Below the pieces are notes generated by a model that saw nothing but the letters and a program-made list of their open reading frames with translations, ran no database searches and was not told the DNA's origin. A DNA stretch of 64,000 bases from Eubacteriales bacterium (lineage in GTDB: Bacteria; Bacillota; Clostridia; Oscillospirales; CAG-272). The translations under genes and the position numbers were made by a program. The stretch covers positions 2,922 to 66,921 of the forward strand of contig JAZSEA010000075.1 in assembly GCA_045531455.1 (NCBI GenBank), in the 5' to 3' direction. The first letter of the stretch is position 1. The number at the start of each line of letters is the position of its first letter. Shown here piece by piece: positions 25,065-34,453 of this stretch.

Positions 25065-26942
25065 ATGAATAATTCAAATATAATGAGTAAGCTTCACGAA
25101 GAAGCTATGAGACTCCCCGAGCGTCCGGGTATATATATAATGAGGGATGCCGCCGATAAGGTCATCTACGTCGGAAAGTCCAGAAATCTCAAGAACAGAG
25201 TATCGCAGTATTTCGGGAATAATGAAAAAAACGCCAAAACAGCAAAGATGGTTTCTTCTGTCAGACGTTTTGAATGTATTCATTGCGACACAGAGATTGA
25301 GGCGCTGACTCTTGAAAATACCCTGATCAAACAGTATACCCCAAGGTATAACATAAAATTAAAGGATGCAAAGTCGTATCCTTTTATCAAACTGACGTCT
25401 GAGGCTTATCCTAAGCTGATTATGACGAGAAAACGCGTCGATGACGGCGGAAAGTATTTCGGACCCTATTCGGGTACTCAAACGGTTTTTTCCGTTATTT
25501 CACTTATGAACAAGACTTTTGGACTTTATTCCTGCAAGAAGAAATTCCCCGCGGATATAGGCAAGGGAAGACCATGCATCAATTATCAGATGGGGCATTG
25601 TCCCGGCGTGTGTACGGGAAAGATCTCGAAGGAAGACTATTCCGAGAGGGTGAATTCGGTTTCAGAAGTGTTGCGAGGAAACACGGCGAAAGTCCGCAGA
25701 CAGCTTGAGGAAGATATGCTCAAATATGCAGAAGAGGAACAGTTCGAAGCCGCTGCAAGATGCAGAGATGCCATTGAATCCATCGGAAAGCTTTCGCAGA
25801 GGCAAAAGGCTGTCGCTGCGCCAGGCACGGACAGAGACGTAATAGGCATTTTTGAAAACGAAGCTTTGACTATGATATGCATTCTTCGTATCAGAGACGG
25901 TGCTCTTAATGATAAGCTCGAATTCCCGATGACGGGAGACGTTATCGCCGATTCTTCGGCTATCATATCTCTGCTTTACGAGCATTACAGAATGTCGTCC
26001 GATATCCCCGATAGAATTCTTGTAGGTTTTGACTGTCAGCTTTCCGAGCTCGATGCATTCGGAGAATCGCTTGCCATTGCAAATAAGCGCAAGGTTGACG
26101 TTTCCAAGCCGCAGATCGGTGATAATAAGAAGCTTTGTGACCTTGCCGCAGAAAACGCAAGACAGGCTGCAATGAAGTATATCCGCGATAACGAAAAGAC
26201 GGATGAGGCTGCCGAAGCCCTCGCTGAACTGCTTTCTCTACCCAATATTCCATACAGAATCGAGTCCTATGATATTTCCAATATCGGAAGTGAGCATATA
26301 ACCGCAGGTATGATCGTAACCGAAGGCGGAAAGTTTGCAAAGAGTGAATACAGAACCTTCAAAATAGCAACCACCTCGGGACAGGATGATTACGGATCAT
26401 TGAGAGAGGCTTTGACAAGAAGACTCAAATATCTTGTTCCCGATGAAAATGGCGAGATTGAGAATTCCTCGTTTGCATCAGCTCCCGACCTGATCTTACT
26501 TGATGGCGGTATAGGTCAGTTGTCTGTAGCACTTGAGGTCATGAATGAATTGAACCTTGATATCCCCGTAGCGGGTATGGTTAAGGATGATTATCATAAA
26601 ACCCGTGCGCTCGTAGCATTCGACGGAGTTGAATTCTGCGAGATCAATATTGCAAGACAGAGAGAATTGTTTATATTCCTGTATAAGATACAGGAAGAGG
26701 TTCACCGGTATTCGATCGGCAGAATGACTCAGGCGAAGAGAAAAACCGTAAAAACGTCATCGCTTACAAAGATACCCGGAATAGGACCTGCCAAGGCTAA
26801 AGCGCTGCTATCCGCTTTCGGAGGCTATAACGGTGTCAAGAACGCATCTCCCGAGGCACTTTCTTCGGTCAAGGGAATCAATTCGACCGACGTTATTCGA
26901 ATTGTCGGATATTTTGGCGGTAAGACGGAGGAAAACGAATGA
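25065..26942 (+). CDS. uvrC: excinuclease ABC subunit C
   Basis: 625 aa with a GIY-YIG N-terminus (PGIYIMRD..VIYVGKSRNLKNRVSQYF), a UVR domain and a C-terminal HhH. Confidence 0.95.
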   Translation: MNNSNIMSKLHEEAMRLPERPGIYIMRDAADKVIYVGKSRNLKNRVSQYFGNNEKNAKTAKMVSSVRRFECIHCDTEIEALTLENTLIKQYTPRYNIKLKDAKSYPFIKLTSEAYPKLIMTRKRVDDGGKYFGPYSGTQTVFSVISLMNKTFGLYSCKKKFPADIGKGRPCINYQMGHCPGVCTGKISKEDYSERVNSVSEVLRGNTAKVRRQLEEDMLKYAEEEQFEAAARCRDAIESIGKLSQRQKAVAAPGTDRDVIGIFENEALTMICILRIRDGALNDKLEFPMTGDVIADSSAIISLLYEHYRMSSDIPDRILVGFDCQLSELDAFGESLAIANKRKVDVSKPQIGDNKKLCDLAAENARQAAMKYIRDNEKTDEAAEALAELLSLPNIPYRIESYDISNIGSEHITAGMIVTEGGKFAKSEYRTFKIATTSGQDDYGSLREALTRRLKYLVPDENGEIENSSFASAPDLILLDGGIGQLSVALEVMNELNLDIPVAGMVKDDYHKTRALVAFDGVEFCEINIARQRELFIFLYKIQEEVHRYSIGRMTQAKRKTVKTSSLTKIPGIGPAKAKALLSAFGGYNGVKNASPEALSSVKGINSTDVIRIVGYFGGKTEENE

Positions 26943-27508
26943 GAATAATTACAGGTAGCGCAAGAGGCGCAAAACTTCTTACACTTGAAGGCGAGGCTAC
27001 GAGACCTACAGCCGAGCGCACAAAGGAAGCCGTATTTTCAATTATTCAGTTTGATATTGAAGGCAGAAACGTACTCGACCTGTATGCGGGATCGGGTCAG
27101 CTTGCTCTTGAAGCATTATCAAGAGGTGCCGCTAAAGCTGTGCTTTGTGACAAATCGAAGCAAGCAATAGATATCATAAGAAAGAATGCCGAAAGAACAA
27201 GATTGATCGACAGATGCAGTATTCATAACTGTGATGCATCTCAGATCATTCGCAAACTCGGCGGCGAGAAGTTTGATCTCGTATTTCTTGATCCGCCTTA
27301 CGCACTTAAAGCTGTTCCTTCCGCTTTAAACGATCTCTTGAATAATAACCGTCTTAAGGTTACCTCTTTGATCGTCTGCGAAACCGCAGACCATTCTGAT
27401 GTTTTTTGCGGAGACGAAAAGTTAGCTGAAAGGTTCATTATTAAAAAATCTGCAAAGTACGGTGTGGCACACGTAACGATACTCCAACTAAAGGAGGAGA
27501 ATATATGA
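26939..27508 (+). CDS. rsmD: 16S rRNA (guanine966-N2)-methyltransferase
   Basis: Contains RIITGSARGAKL, TRPTAERTKEAVFS, LDLYAGSGQLALEALSRGA and DPPY. Confidence 0.9.
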   Translation: MRIITGSARGAKLLTLEGEATRPTAERTKEAVFSIIQFDIEGRNVLDLYAGSGQLALEALSRGAAKAVLCDKSKQAIDIIRKNAERTRLIDRCSIHNCDASQIIRKLGGEKFDLVFLDPPYALKAVPSALNDLLNNNRLKVTSLIVCETADHSDVFCGDEKLAERFIIKKSAKYGVAHVTILQLKEENI

Positions 27509-27993
27509 AAACCGCAATAATCCCAGGCAGCTTTGACCCAATGACCCTTGGTCACAGAGATGTCGTCGAGCGCGCGCTTAAGCTCTTCGACAGAGTTATA
27601 GTTGCAATAATGGTCAATCCGGATAAAAAAGGAAGATTTACTTTTGCGCAGAGAAAGAAGATCGCAGAGCTGACGCTTTCGGATCTCCCAGAGGTTACTG
27701 TTCTTACAGCGGACGGTTATCTTGCAGATCTTGCCGCGGCGTTAAAGGCTGTCGCAATCGTAAAAGGCGTACGCAATACCGATGATTTTGAATACGAGCA
27801 GGATATGGCTGTCTTCAATCACGACCGCAATTCCGTAACAGAAACGGTATATTTGCCCGCTTACGGAGATATGGTTGATGTAAGCTCGACTTTTGCGAGA
27901 AATTGCATCGACTCGGGCGAATATCCCGATAACGTGTTTTCTCCGCGCGTTGCGGAATATATAAAGGGGATCATTGCTGATGAAAATAGCTGA
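27505..27993 (+). CDS. coaD: pantetheine-phosphate adenylyltransferase
   Basis: Contains IIPGSFDPMTLGHRDVVERA and overlaps rsmD by 4 nt. Confidence 0.95.
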   Translation: MKTAIIPGSFDPMTLGHRDVVERALKLFDRVIVAIMVNPDKKGRFTFAQRKKIAELTLSDLPEVTVLTADGYLADLAAALKAVAIVKGVRNTDDFEYEQDMAVFNHDRNSVTETVYLPAYGDMVDVSSTFARNCIDSGEYPDNVFSPRVAEYIKGIIADENS

Positions 27994-28705
27994 GTATTCA
28001 TTTGAGGCACCCATCTCAAGAGATATTCGTGCTGCATTTGTTGCCGATACACACGATATAAAATACGCAAAGCTACATAATGCCATCAAGGAACGCAGTG
28101 TCGATCTGATTTTGATGACGGGCGATATCATTTACGGTCACGATGATAAGGTCAAAAACGGCTTTAATATGCTTGCGGATTTCGCAAAGAACGCGCCAAC
28201 CTTTATGTCTCTTGGAAATCATGAAGGCGGTGCGGTTGAGCTTGTCAGAAGCAAATGCGCAGAAGCGGGTGTAACACTTCTTGAGGAAAAATATACGGAA
28301 TTTGAAGGTCTCTATATCGGCGGACTTACCTCGGGATATATAGCAGACTCTACCGGACTCAAGGAAAATCATTGGCGTAAAACGCCCCAACCCGATCTTG
28401 CATTTTTGGATGAGTTCTCTAAAATCGAAGGATATAAGATACTTCTCAATCACCATCCCGAATACTATCCCGAATATCTTGCCGACAGAAAAATCGATCT
28501 GATCCTTTCGGGACACGCACACGGCGGACAATGGAGAATCTTTGACCGAGGCGTTTTTGCTCCGGGTCAGGGCATTTTTCCGAAATACACCTCGGGCTTG
28601 CACGACAACAAGCTTTTGGTCAGCCGAGGGCTCGCAAACAACGCATTTGTTCCGAGACTTTTTAATCCCTGTGAATTGATTTTCATTAATTTCATTGCAA
28701 TATAA
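27980..28705 (+). CDS. metallophosphoesterase (YkuE-like)
   Basis: Contains ADTHD, GDIIYG, GNHE and GHAHGGQ. ATG 27980 is preferred over TTG 27974 on RBS spacing. Confidence 0.8.
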   Translation: MKIAEYSFEAPISRDIRAAFVADTHDIKYAKLHNAIKERSVDLILMTGDIIYGHDDKVKNGFNMLADFAKNAPTFMSLGNHEGGAVELVRSKCAEAGVTLLEEKYTEFEGLYIGGLTSGYIADSTGLKENHWRKTPQPDLAFLDEFSKIEGYKILLNHHPEYYPEYLADRKIDLILSGHAHGGQWRIFDRGVFAPGQGIFPKYTSGLHDNKLLVSRGLANNAFVPRLFNPCELIFINFIAI

Positions 28706-28741
28706 AATCAAGCGTCATGATAGGTGACGCTTGATTTTTTG
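28705..28741. terminator. bidirectional rho-independent terminator
   Basis: 13-bp stem AAATCAAGCGTCA / TGACGCTTGATTT with a 7-nt loop and a TTTTTT tail. It sits between convergent genes. Confidence 0.75.
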
Positions 28742-28744
28742 CAT

Positions 28745-29509
28745 TTATTCAATAATGAAGGGGATTGTAAATTCAATTGTGATCTGAGAAGTCTTGGTGT
28801 TGTCCCCTGATCCGGTATGATAATTGAGGATCATTCTGTAATTGCCGTAGGTGTCAATGCTATAGTGATCGCTGACGGGATAGGATCTGTCGTGGCTTTC
28901 GCCGCTCTTGATTGCATACAGGTTGTCGAGGAATTTTACTTCACCTGGTTCACAATCCTCCCAAACATCGGATGAAAGCCTTTGGATCGTGTAATGATCA
29001 CTGAGGTATGCAGAGCTATCCGAGTCATTGATCCAAGTCAAGCTGAAATGGATCGTATTTCCCTCATAAGTAAAACTGTTGACAGTAACACCGATCTCAT
29101 CGCCAGCAACATAGAATTCTAATGAAGCCTCGATCTTGTTACGCGCACCCGCGGGATCGACGTAGAAATTGGTTCTGAATCTGTATTTTCCGACAGAAGT
29201 GATATTGTTGAACTTTCCTATCTGATACACAATCGTAGCGGAAGAATTGCTCTGAATGCCTTTTTCTCTGGTACCGAAGTCATTGTGTGTTTTAGCGCAT
29301 GAGTACCACTTACCATCCTCGTATACCTCATTTACGTTCCATGGATCATAGCTGATATCTTCGTTTTTGTTATTTGTTACGGAAAGTGTGATCGCGGAAG
29401 AATCGGAGGCTATGACGATGTTTTCAACCTTGACATCAATACCATCAAAGGAAGCGGCATCGGGGATTGTTGCGGTAATTGCGGGAATGACAGTATAAAG
29501 ATCGGATCC
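28745..29509 (-). pseudogene. start-less remnant of a beta-rich (Ig-like repeat) secreted protein gene
   Basis: My own translation shows the frame is open for 255 codons, from the TAA at 29510-29512 down to the stop at 28745. The only ATG/GTG/TTG in the first 94 codons is the GTG at 29230, which has no RBS. No signal peptide is present. Confidence 0.5.
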
Positions 29510-29514
29510 TTAAA

Positions 29515-30570
29515 TTATTTTACTGTTGCGTATAAATTGAGATCCCACGCGGGGATATAAGGATATCTTCTGAGATAGAGTTTATATTCGGGACATATGT
29601 TATGTACCAGATGGACGAGTTCGTGCAAGTCCTCGGTTCTGTGATACATAGAGATCAATAGATCGGGCTTGTACTTCCGAATAGATTCGCTTGACCCGAT
29701 GAGCGCTTCTTTTTCCGCACCTTCAACGTCATATTTGATAAAGTCTATTTTTTCCTTGACTAAGTTGTCAAGAGCCACGGCAGAAACCTCAGCACGCCTC
29801 TTTGACAAACCTTCTTCATGAAGACCGGCGTTTCGATTACCGCTGTCATCAAAGATCAAGGTTGTATCTTCCGACCAAGCAGCTGAATTGATTGGAATTA
29901 TTTGCGGATGCTCGGATGCAGAAACAGATAGCTTTTTAAAGTTTCTTCTGTCGGGCTCGAATGCGTAAATCTTTTCTATTCGAGGGCAAAGCTCAATAAG
30001 CTCCTCCGCGGTATCACCGTTATATGCTCCGAGGTCTGCGGCAACCTTGTAGTTATCGAGATCAAGGATTGTTTTCATTATTTCGTATCTGCTATCTGCA
30101 GTAGCGAGCAGATGCTCGATCTTTCCCGTTCGTCTGAATTCGAGAACGCCTCGAAAAACCTCTCGGGATCTTTCGTCACATAAAAGATCATATGCTTCAT
30201 CCATTGCTGCACGTTTTGCGTCATCAAATTCTTGGCAAAATAATGTGTCGCCTTTGACAGGGACATCGGGTATGTAGGTCTCACATTGCTTTGTGATTTT
30301 GTAAATGTTCTGCATAACGTCGGGAAGCGACGATGCGAATGAAACGAGAACAATAATATTCTCTTGTCCGTATTTATCAACTATGTCCGAAAAGGAGAGA
30401 ACTGTTTTGCCGTGGAAGCTTTGACCGCGAACAAATCCGTCGCTCGCAAAGAAATCTGCAACACTAATGCCGTATTTCTCGCATACCGTAAGTATCTTGT
30501 CTGCGCCGTTGCCCATACCGTACATAACAACGGTTTTGGGCGACCGCGATAGATATTGCCAAAGATCCAT
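29515..30570 (-). CDS. FkbM-family SAM-dependent methyltransferase
   Basis: 351 aa. Contains GAYNGDTAEEL, AFEPDRRNFKKL and IDFIKYDVEGAEKEAL (Methyltransf_21-like). Confidence 0.8.
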   Translation of the reverse strand: MDLWQYLSRSPKTVVMYGMGNGADKILTVCEKYGISVADFFASDGFVRGQSFHGKTVLSFSDIVDKYGQENIIVLVSFASSLPDVMQNIYKITKQCETYIPDVPVKGDTLFCQEFDDAKRAAMDEAYDLLCDERSREVFRGVLEFRRTGKIEHLLATADSRYEIMKTILDLDNYKVAADLGAYNGDTAEELIELCPRIEKIYAFEPDRRNFKKLSVSASEHPQIIPINSAAWSEDTTLIFDDSGNRNAGLHEEGLSKRRAEVSAVALDNLVKEKIDFIKYDVEGAEKEALIGSSESIRKYKPDLLISMYHRTEDLHELVHLVHNICPEYKLYLRRYPYIPAWDLNLYATVK

Positions 30571-30644
30571 ATTGCCGCTCCTTTCGTTAATTGTATATAT
30601 TATAACACATAATTTTGAATAAATCTACAGTAAATAAAAAGTTA

Positions 30645-30675
30645 TGCATAATTCTTTTGATTCTGTCATATGAAT
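30645..30675 (+). promoter_or_regulatory. possible sigma-E type promoter for spoIVA
   Basis: TGCATAAT (30645-30652), a 14-nt spacer, then CATATGAA (30667-30674). This compares with the B. subtilis sigma-E consensus kmATAtt-14-CATAcaaT. spoIVA is sigma-E dependent in B. subtilis. Confidence 0.35.
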
Positions 30676-30707
30676 TAACAAAGAAACAACATAGCGGAGG
30701 ATGTCCT

Positions 30708-32186
30708 ATGACAGACACAAGCATATACAGAGACATTGCCGAACGCACGGGAGGTAATGTATATATCGGAGTAGTCGGACCCGTGCGAAGCGGAAAATCA
30801 ACCTTCATCAAAAGATTTATGGAAGCCCTTGTTCTACCGAATATCGAGGAGGGATACAAGAGAGAGCGCGCAAAGGATGAGCTGCCTCAAAGTGCAGCGG
30901 GAAAAACAGTAATGACGACCGAACCTAAATTCATCCCGGATGAAGCGGTCGAGATTTCGCCGTCGGGGGCAGAGAAGCTCAAGGTCAGAATGATAGACTG
31001 CGTCGGATACCTTATTCCCGAAGCAATGGGAATACTTGAAGACGGACAGCCGCGACTCGTTCGTACTCCTTGGAGCGACGAACCCATACCTTTCGCGGAT
31101 GCTGCCGAAGAAGGTACACGTAAGGTTATCTGCGAGCATTCAACGATCGGAATGGTGGTAACAAGTGACGGCACCATCGGCGAAATATCAAGAGAATCTT
31201 ACGTCGAAGCAGAGGAGAGAGTTATCTCCGAGCTTGCGCGGCTCGGAAAGCCTTTTGCGATTATACTGAATTCTTCAAAGCCTTCTTCGGATACGGCTGT
31301 AGCATTAGGACACGAGCTTGAAAACAAATACGGAGTACCGGTTGCACTTGTAAATTGCCTTGAACTCGACCGAGAGGATATTGTTCATATTCTTGAGATG
31401 ATCCTGAACGAGTTTCCGATATCTGAAATTTCCGTTGAAATGCCTGCGTGGACTTCCGCGCTTCAGGAAAACCATCCAATCAGATCGGAGATCAATGAAG
31501 TAATTAAAAGGTATGCACAAAAGATCAAAAAGATCGGCAATATGCGGGAAGTATTTGATGACGACCATGGGTGTGATTTTATTGACGATATTATAATTGA
31601 CAGTATAGATTACGGCACGGGTAAGGCGCAAATATCATTAACGACGGACGATAGCCTTTTTTATAAAACACTCGGCGAGATCAGCGGATTTGAAATCAAT
31701 GGTGAGGAGGATCTCTTACCTCTCTTATGTAAGCTTTCGGAAATTCAGAAGAAATATAGTAAGGTAGAAGAGGCGCTTAACGAGGTTAATGAAAGAGGCT
31801 ACGGCATAGTAATGCCCGAGGTTTCCGAACTTCATCTTGAAGAACCTGAGATCGTCAGAAAGCAGGGCGGATATGGAGTCAAGCTTTGCGCATCTGCGCA
31901 GTCGATACATATGATCAGAGCAAATATCGAGACTGAGATTAATCCAATGGTCGGTTCCGAACAGCAATCGGAGGATCTTGTCAAATACTTGCTCCGAGAA
32001 TTTGAGGAATCTCCTGCAAGTATTTGGGAGTCTAATATCTTTGGTAAATCACTTTATGAGCTTGTAAACGAAGGTCTGCACGCAAAGCTTGAGCATATGC
32101 CCGATGATGCACGAACGAAACTTTCAGAGACCCTTGAGAGAATAATCAACGAAGGAAGCGGCGGACTAATCTGTATATTACTATAA
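30708..32186 (+). CDS. spoIVA: stage IV sporulation protein A
   Basis: Start chosen at ATG 30708, after GGAGGA. N-terminus is IYRDIAERTGGNVYIGVVGPVRSGKSTFIKRFME (Walker A), and the text is SpoIVA-like to the C-terminus. Confidence 0.95.
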   Translation: MTDTSIYRDIAERTGGNVYIGVVGPVRSGKSTFIKRFMEALVLPNIEEGYKRERAKDELPQSAAGKTVMTTEPKFIPDEAVEISPSGAEKLKVRMIDCVGYLIPEAMGILEDGQPRLVRTPWSDEPIPFADAAEEGTRKVICEHSTIGMVVTSDGTIGEISRESYVEAEERVISELARLGKPFAIILNSSKPSSDTAVALGHELENKYGVPVALVNCLELDREDIVHILEMILNEFPISEISVEMPAWTSALQENHPIRSEINEVIKRYAQKIKKIGNMREVFDDDHGCDFIDDIIIDSIDYGTGKAQISLTTDDSLFYKTLGEISGFEINGEEDLLPLLCKLSEIQKKYSKVEEALNEVNERGYGIVMPEVSELHLEEPEIVRKQGGYGVKLCASAQSIHMIRANIETEINPMVGSEQQSEDLVKYLLREFEESPASIWESNIFGKSLYELVNEGLHAKLEHMPDDARTKLSETLERIINEGSGGLICILL

Positions 32187-32193
32187 TTAATAA

Positions 32194-32231
32194 TTAATCA
32201 CGCCTATGCGTTTGCGCATAGGCGTGATTAA
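32194..32231. terminator. bidirectional rho-independent terminator (spoIVA / xpt)
   Basis: 17-bp stem TTAATCACGCCTATGCG / CGCATAGGCGTGATTAA with loop TTTG. Confidence 0.75.
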
Positions 32232-32236
32232 TTTGT

Positions 32237-32821
32237 TTATTTTTCCGTGAAGATCAAATTTCCGTTGGAGTCAAGGTCAACAATTGCAAGGGAATGAAGA
32301 TTTACACCCGCGGCTCTTATTTTGTCTCCACCGGGTTGGAATGCCTTTTCGATGCAGATTCCCGCACCTACGACCTTCGCACCAGCCTGATTTACTATAT
32401 CGATAAGTCCTCCGAGCGCCTCGCCGTCAGCAAGGAAATCGTCTATGATAAGCACTCTGTCGTCCGCAGAAATATACTTCTTATCAACTCTTACATCAAA
32501 TACGGTCCCTTTGGTAAATGATCTGACAAGAGAAGAATATGTTTCACCTGTAACGTTCTTGGACTGCGATTTCTTTGCAAAAAGTACATCTATCCCAAAG
32601 TATCTCGCTGCAAGACATGCTATTCCGATGCCTGATGCTTCGACAGTAAGGATCAAGGTAGGTTTTGTATCCTTGAAAAGTCTGTAGAATTCTTCGCCTA
32701 TCTTGTCAATAAGAGGAATGTTCATTCTGTGGTTGAGAAAATTTGACACGATTACAACCCCGCCGGGTCTGATATCGCCATACTTTTTGATCATTTCCTT
32801 AAGAAGCTTCAAAACAATCAC
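32237..32821 (-). CDS. xpt: xanthine phosphoribosyltransferase
   Basis: Contains VSNFLNHRMNIPL, EASGIGIA, LIIDDFLADGEA and IEKAFQPGGD. The exact start is uncertain: GTG 32821 or TTG 32812. Confidence 0.85.
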   Translation of the reverse strand: MIVLKLLKEMIKKYGDIRPGGVVIVSNFLNHRMNIPLIDKIGEEFYRLFKDTKPTLILTVEASGIGIACLAARYFGIDVLFAKKSQSKNVTGETYSSLVRSFTKGTVFDVRVDKKYISADDRVLIIDDFLADGEALGGLIDIVNQAGAKVVGAGICIEKAFQPGGDKIRAAGVNLHSLAIVDLDSNGNLIFTEK

Positions 32822-32923
32822 CTCGAATTATATCTTTGTTACTATTATTATACAACAAAATAGTCGCAAGGTAAATAGTTTTGACAAAAAATATTGAAAA
32901 ATGATGTTTTTTTGATAAAAATG

Positions 32924-32952
32924 TTGCAAAGCGCAAGCATTTGTGATAAAAT
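32924..32952 (+). promoter_or_regulatory. sigma-A type promoter, TTGCAA-17-TGaTAAAAT
   Basis: -35 at 32924-32929 and -10 at 32947-32952, with an extended-10 TG. It lies upstream of the DivIVA-domain gene. Confidence 0.4.
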
Positions 32953-32983
32953 ATAGTAAATCAAATTTAACATGAGGTGCGTT

Positions 32984-33571
32984 ATGTCGAAAAAGAGCGG
33001 TACTGTTTTTTCAAAAAGACTTTTTGGATATAAGAAGTCGGACGTTAACGAATATATCAGAAATTCTGACCAGTCACACGCCGAGGAGATCGCTGCTATA
33101 AACTTTGAAAAGTCATTCATTAGTGATAAGCTCAAGAGTGCGGAAGCAAAGATAGCCGAGCTCGAAGTGCAGAGAGAGTCGGAAAAGGTGTTTTATGAAA
33201 GTAAAATTAAGAAGCTTACCTCCGATTATGAAAAGAAACTCGGTGAAATGACTACAGTCCAGAGTAATTATGCAGAAAAGCTTAATGAATCAGAGTCACG
33301 CGCTTCATCTTATCTCAAGATGGCTGATTCATCTTCCGTTCGAGCAGAAAGCGCTGAGGCCGAGCTTGCAATCATGTCCGCTGAACTCGAGGATTCAAAG
33401 AATCAGATAGAAGCATTGAACAAGAAGCTTGCTCTCAAAGAAGCGGAATCCGTACACTTATCCGAAATTGAAGCTCTTGCAAAGAAGGCAATAGCAGACA
33501 GCAGAAATACAAAAACAAAGAAGAAACCTATCTGGTCTGTAATCTTTAAGGGGAACCGGAACAAGAGATGA
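32984..33571 (+). CDS. DivIVA-domain coiled-coil protein
   Basis: Contains FSKRLFGYKKSDVNEYI (the DivIVA N-terminal F..GY...V..F/I motif), then long heptad-like E/K/A/L-rich sequence. ATG 32984 after GAGGTG is preferred over 32972. Confidence 0.6.
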   Translation: MSKKSGTVFSKRLFGYKKSDVNEYIRNSDQSHAEEIAAINFEKSFISDKLKSAEAKIAELEVQRESEKVFYESKIKKLTSDYEKKLGEMTTVQSNYAEKLNESESRASSYLKMADSSSVRAESAEAELAIMSAELEDSKNQIEALNKKLALKEAESVHLSEIEALAKKAIADSRNTKTKKKPIWSVIFKGNRNKR

Positions 33572-34449
33572 ATATAGGCAACAAAGTAAAAGCTCTGAGA
33601 CTTGCAAAAATGATGACACAAAGCGAGCTTTCAGGGGATATGATCACACGAAATATGCTCAGTCGAATTGAAAACGGTTTTGCACTTCCTTCTCTTCAAA
33701 CCTTACTTTATCTTTCTGAAAAGCTCGGTGTTCCTGCAGGATATCTTCTAGCCGAAGAGGATGAAGAATTCAAGTTTAAAAAGCTTACCGTAATGCCTGA
33801 TATTTTGCAGTCTTTCAAAGACTGTAACTGGCAGATCTGTATAGATCTGTGTTCGAAACTCGGCGATACAGATGATGAGATAACGCATATCGTTTCGCTT
33901 TGCCGCTATAATGAGGCTCTTGAAGCTTTTGAATCGGGAGAGCTCAAGACTGCCGCAAGAATGTTTGATGAAGCGAAGAATATATCCGAGAGTACTTCTT
34001 ATGCAAGTGATAACATATCTGCGGTGTGTGATGCGTACTTGTATTGCATCGGTATGATTTCTCCTTTGCTTGTTTCGGACATTGACATAGTTAGGTTGCC
34101 TTCAGTCTCGTCTCTTTCAAATGAGTTCTGCAGGTATTTCATTGCGTTAAAATCGGTAGAGCAACCTGCAGTTGTGCAGATTGATTATTCTGACATAATC
34201 AATCAAGATGCAGAAGACAATGTGTTTAGCAAGCATATCATTGCAAGGTTTAAAATGAAAAACGGGTGTCATAATGAAGCGTATCATATTATGAAAGAGA
34301 TCTTGTCGTCAGATTCAAAGATCCCCGCGCCGATGCTCTATTTTGTCTTCGCCGATCTTGAGCTTTGTTGCAGAGAATTATCAGATTATCGCGGAGCATA
34401 CGAGTATTCCTCGGATAAAACGGGTATGCTTGAAAAGTTCTTAGGGTGA
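33568..34449 (+). CDS. XRE-family HTH transcriptional regulator with helical-repeat (TPR-like) C-terminal domain
   Basis: Contains NKVKALRLAKMMTQSELSGDMITRNMLSRIENG...PSLQTLLYLSEKLGVPAGYLL. At 293 aa it is the size of RNPP/Rgg-type regulators. It overlaps the DivIVA-domain gene as ATGA. Confidence 0.75.
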   Translation: MNIGNKVKALRLAKMMTQSELSGDMITRNMLSRIENGFALPSLQTLLYLSEKLGVPAGYLLAEEDEEFKFKKLTVMPDILQSFKDCNWQICIDLCSKLGDTDDEITHIVSLCRYNEALEAFESGELKTAARMFDEAKNISESTSYASDNISAVCDAYLYCIGMISPLLVSDIDIVRLPSVSSLSNEFCRYFIALKSVEQPAVVQIDYSDIINQDAEDNVFSKHIIARFKMKNGCHNEAYHIMKEILSSDSKIPAPMLYFVFADLELCCRELSDYRGAYEYSSDKTGMLEKFLG

Positions 34450-34453
34450 TGAT

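Noticed and set aside
30615-30707. The 31-codon extension of spoIVA.
   Set aside because: The conserved SpoIVA N-terminus with Walker A begins at ATG 30708, behind GGAGGA. The extension would cover the putative sigma-E promoter.
32924-32940. TTGCAAAGCGCAAGCA as a candidate cre (CcpA) site.
   Set aside because: The central CG and the flanking symmetric positions do not align with the cre consensus. The sequence is better explained as the -35 region of the DivIVA-module promoter.
32822-32983. A possible purine (guanine/xanthine) riboswitch upstream of xpt, as found in B. subtilis xpt-pbuX.
   Set aside because: Reading the minus strand, I could not find the conserved aptamer elements (P1 UAUAAU..., GGAUAUGG, CCG...GACUAUG junctions). 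Only a vague ...CCUUGCGACUAUU resemblance is present, and the leader is short. A covariance-model scan (RF00167) would be decisive.
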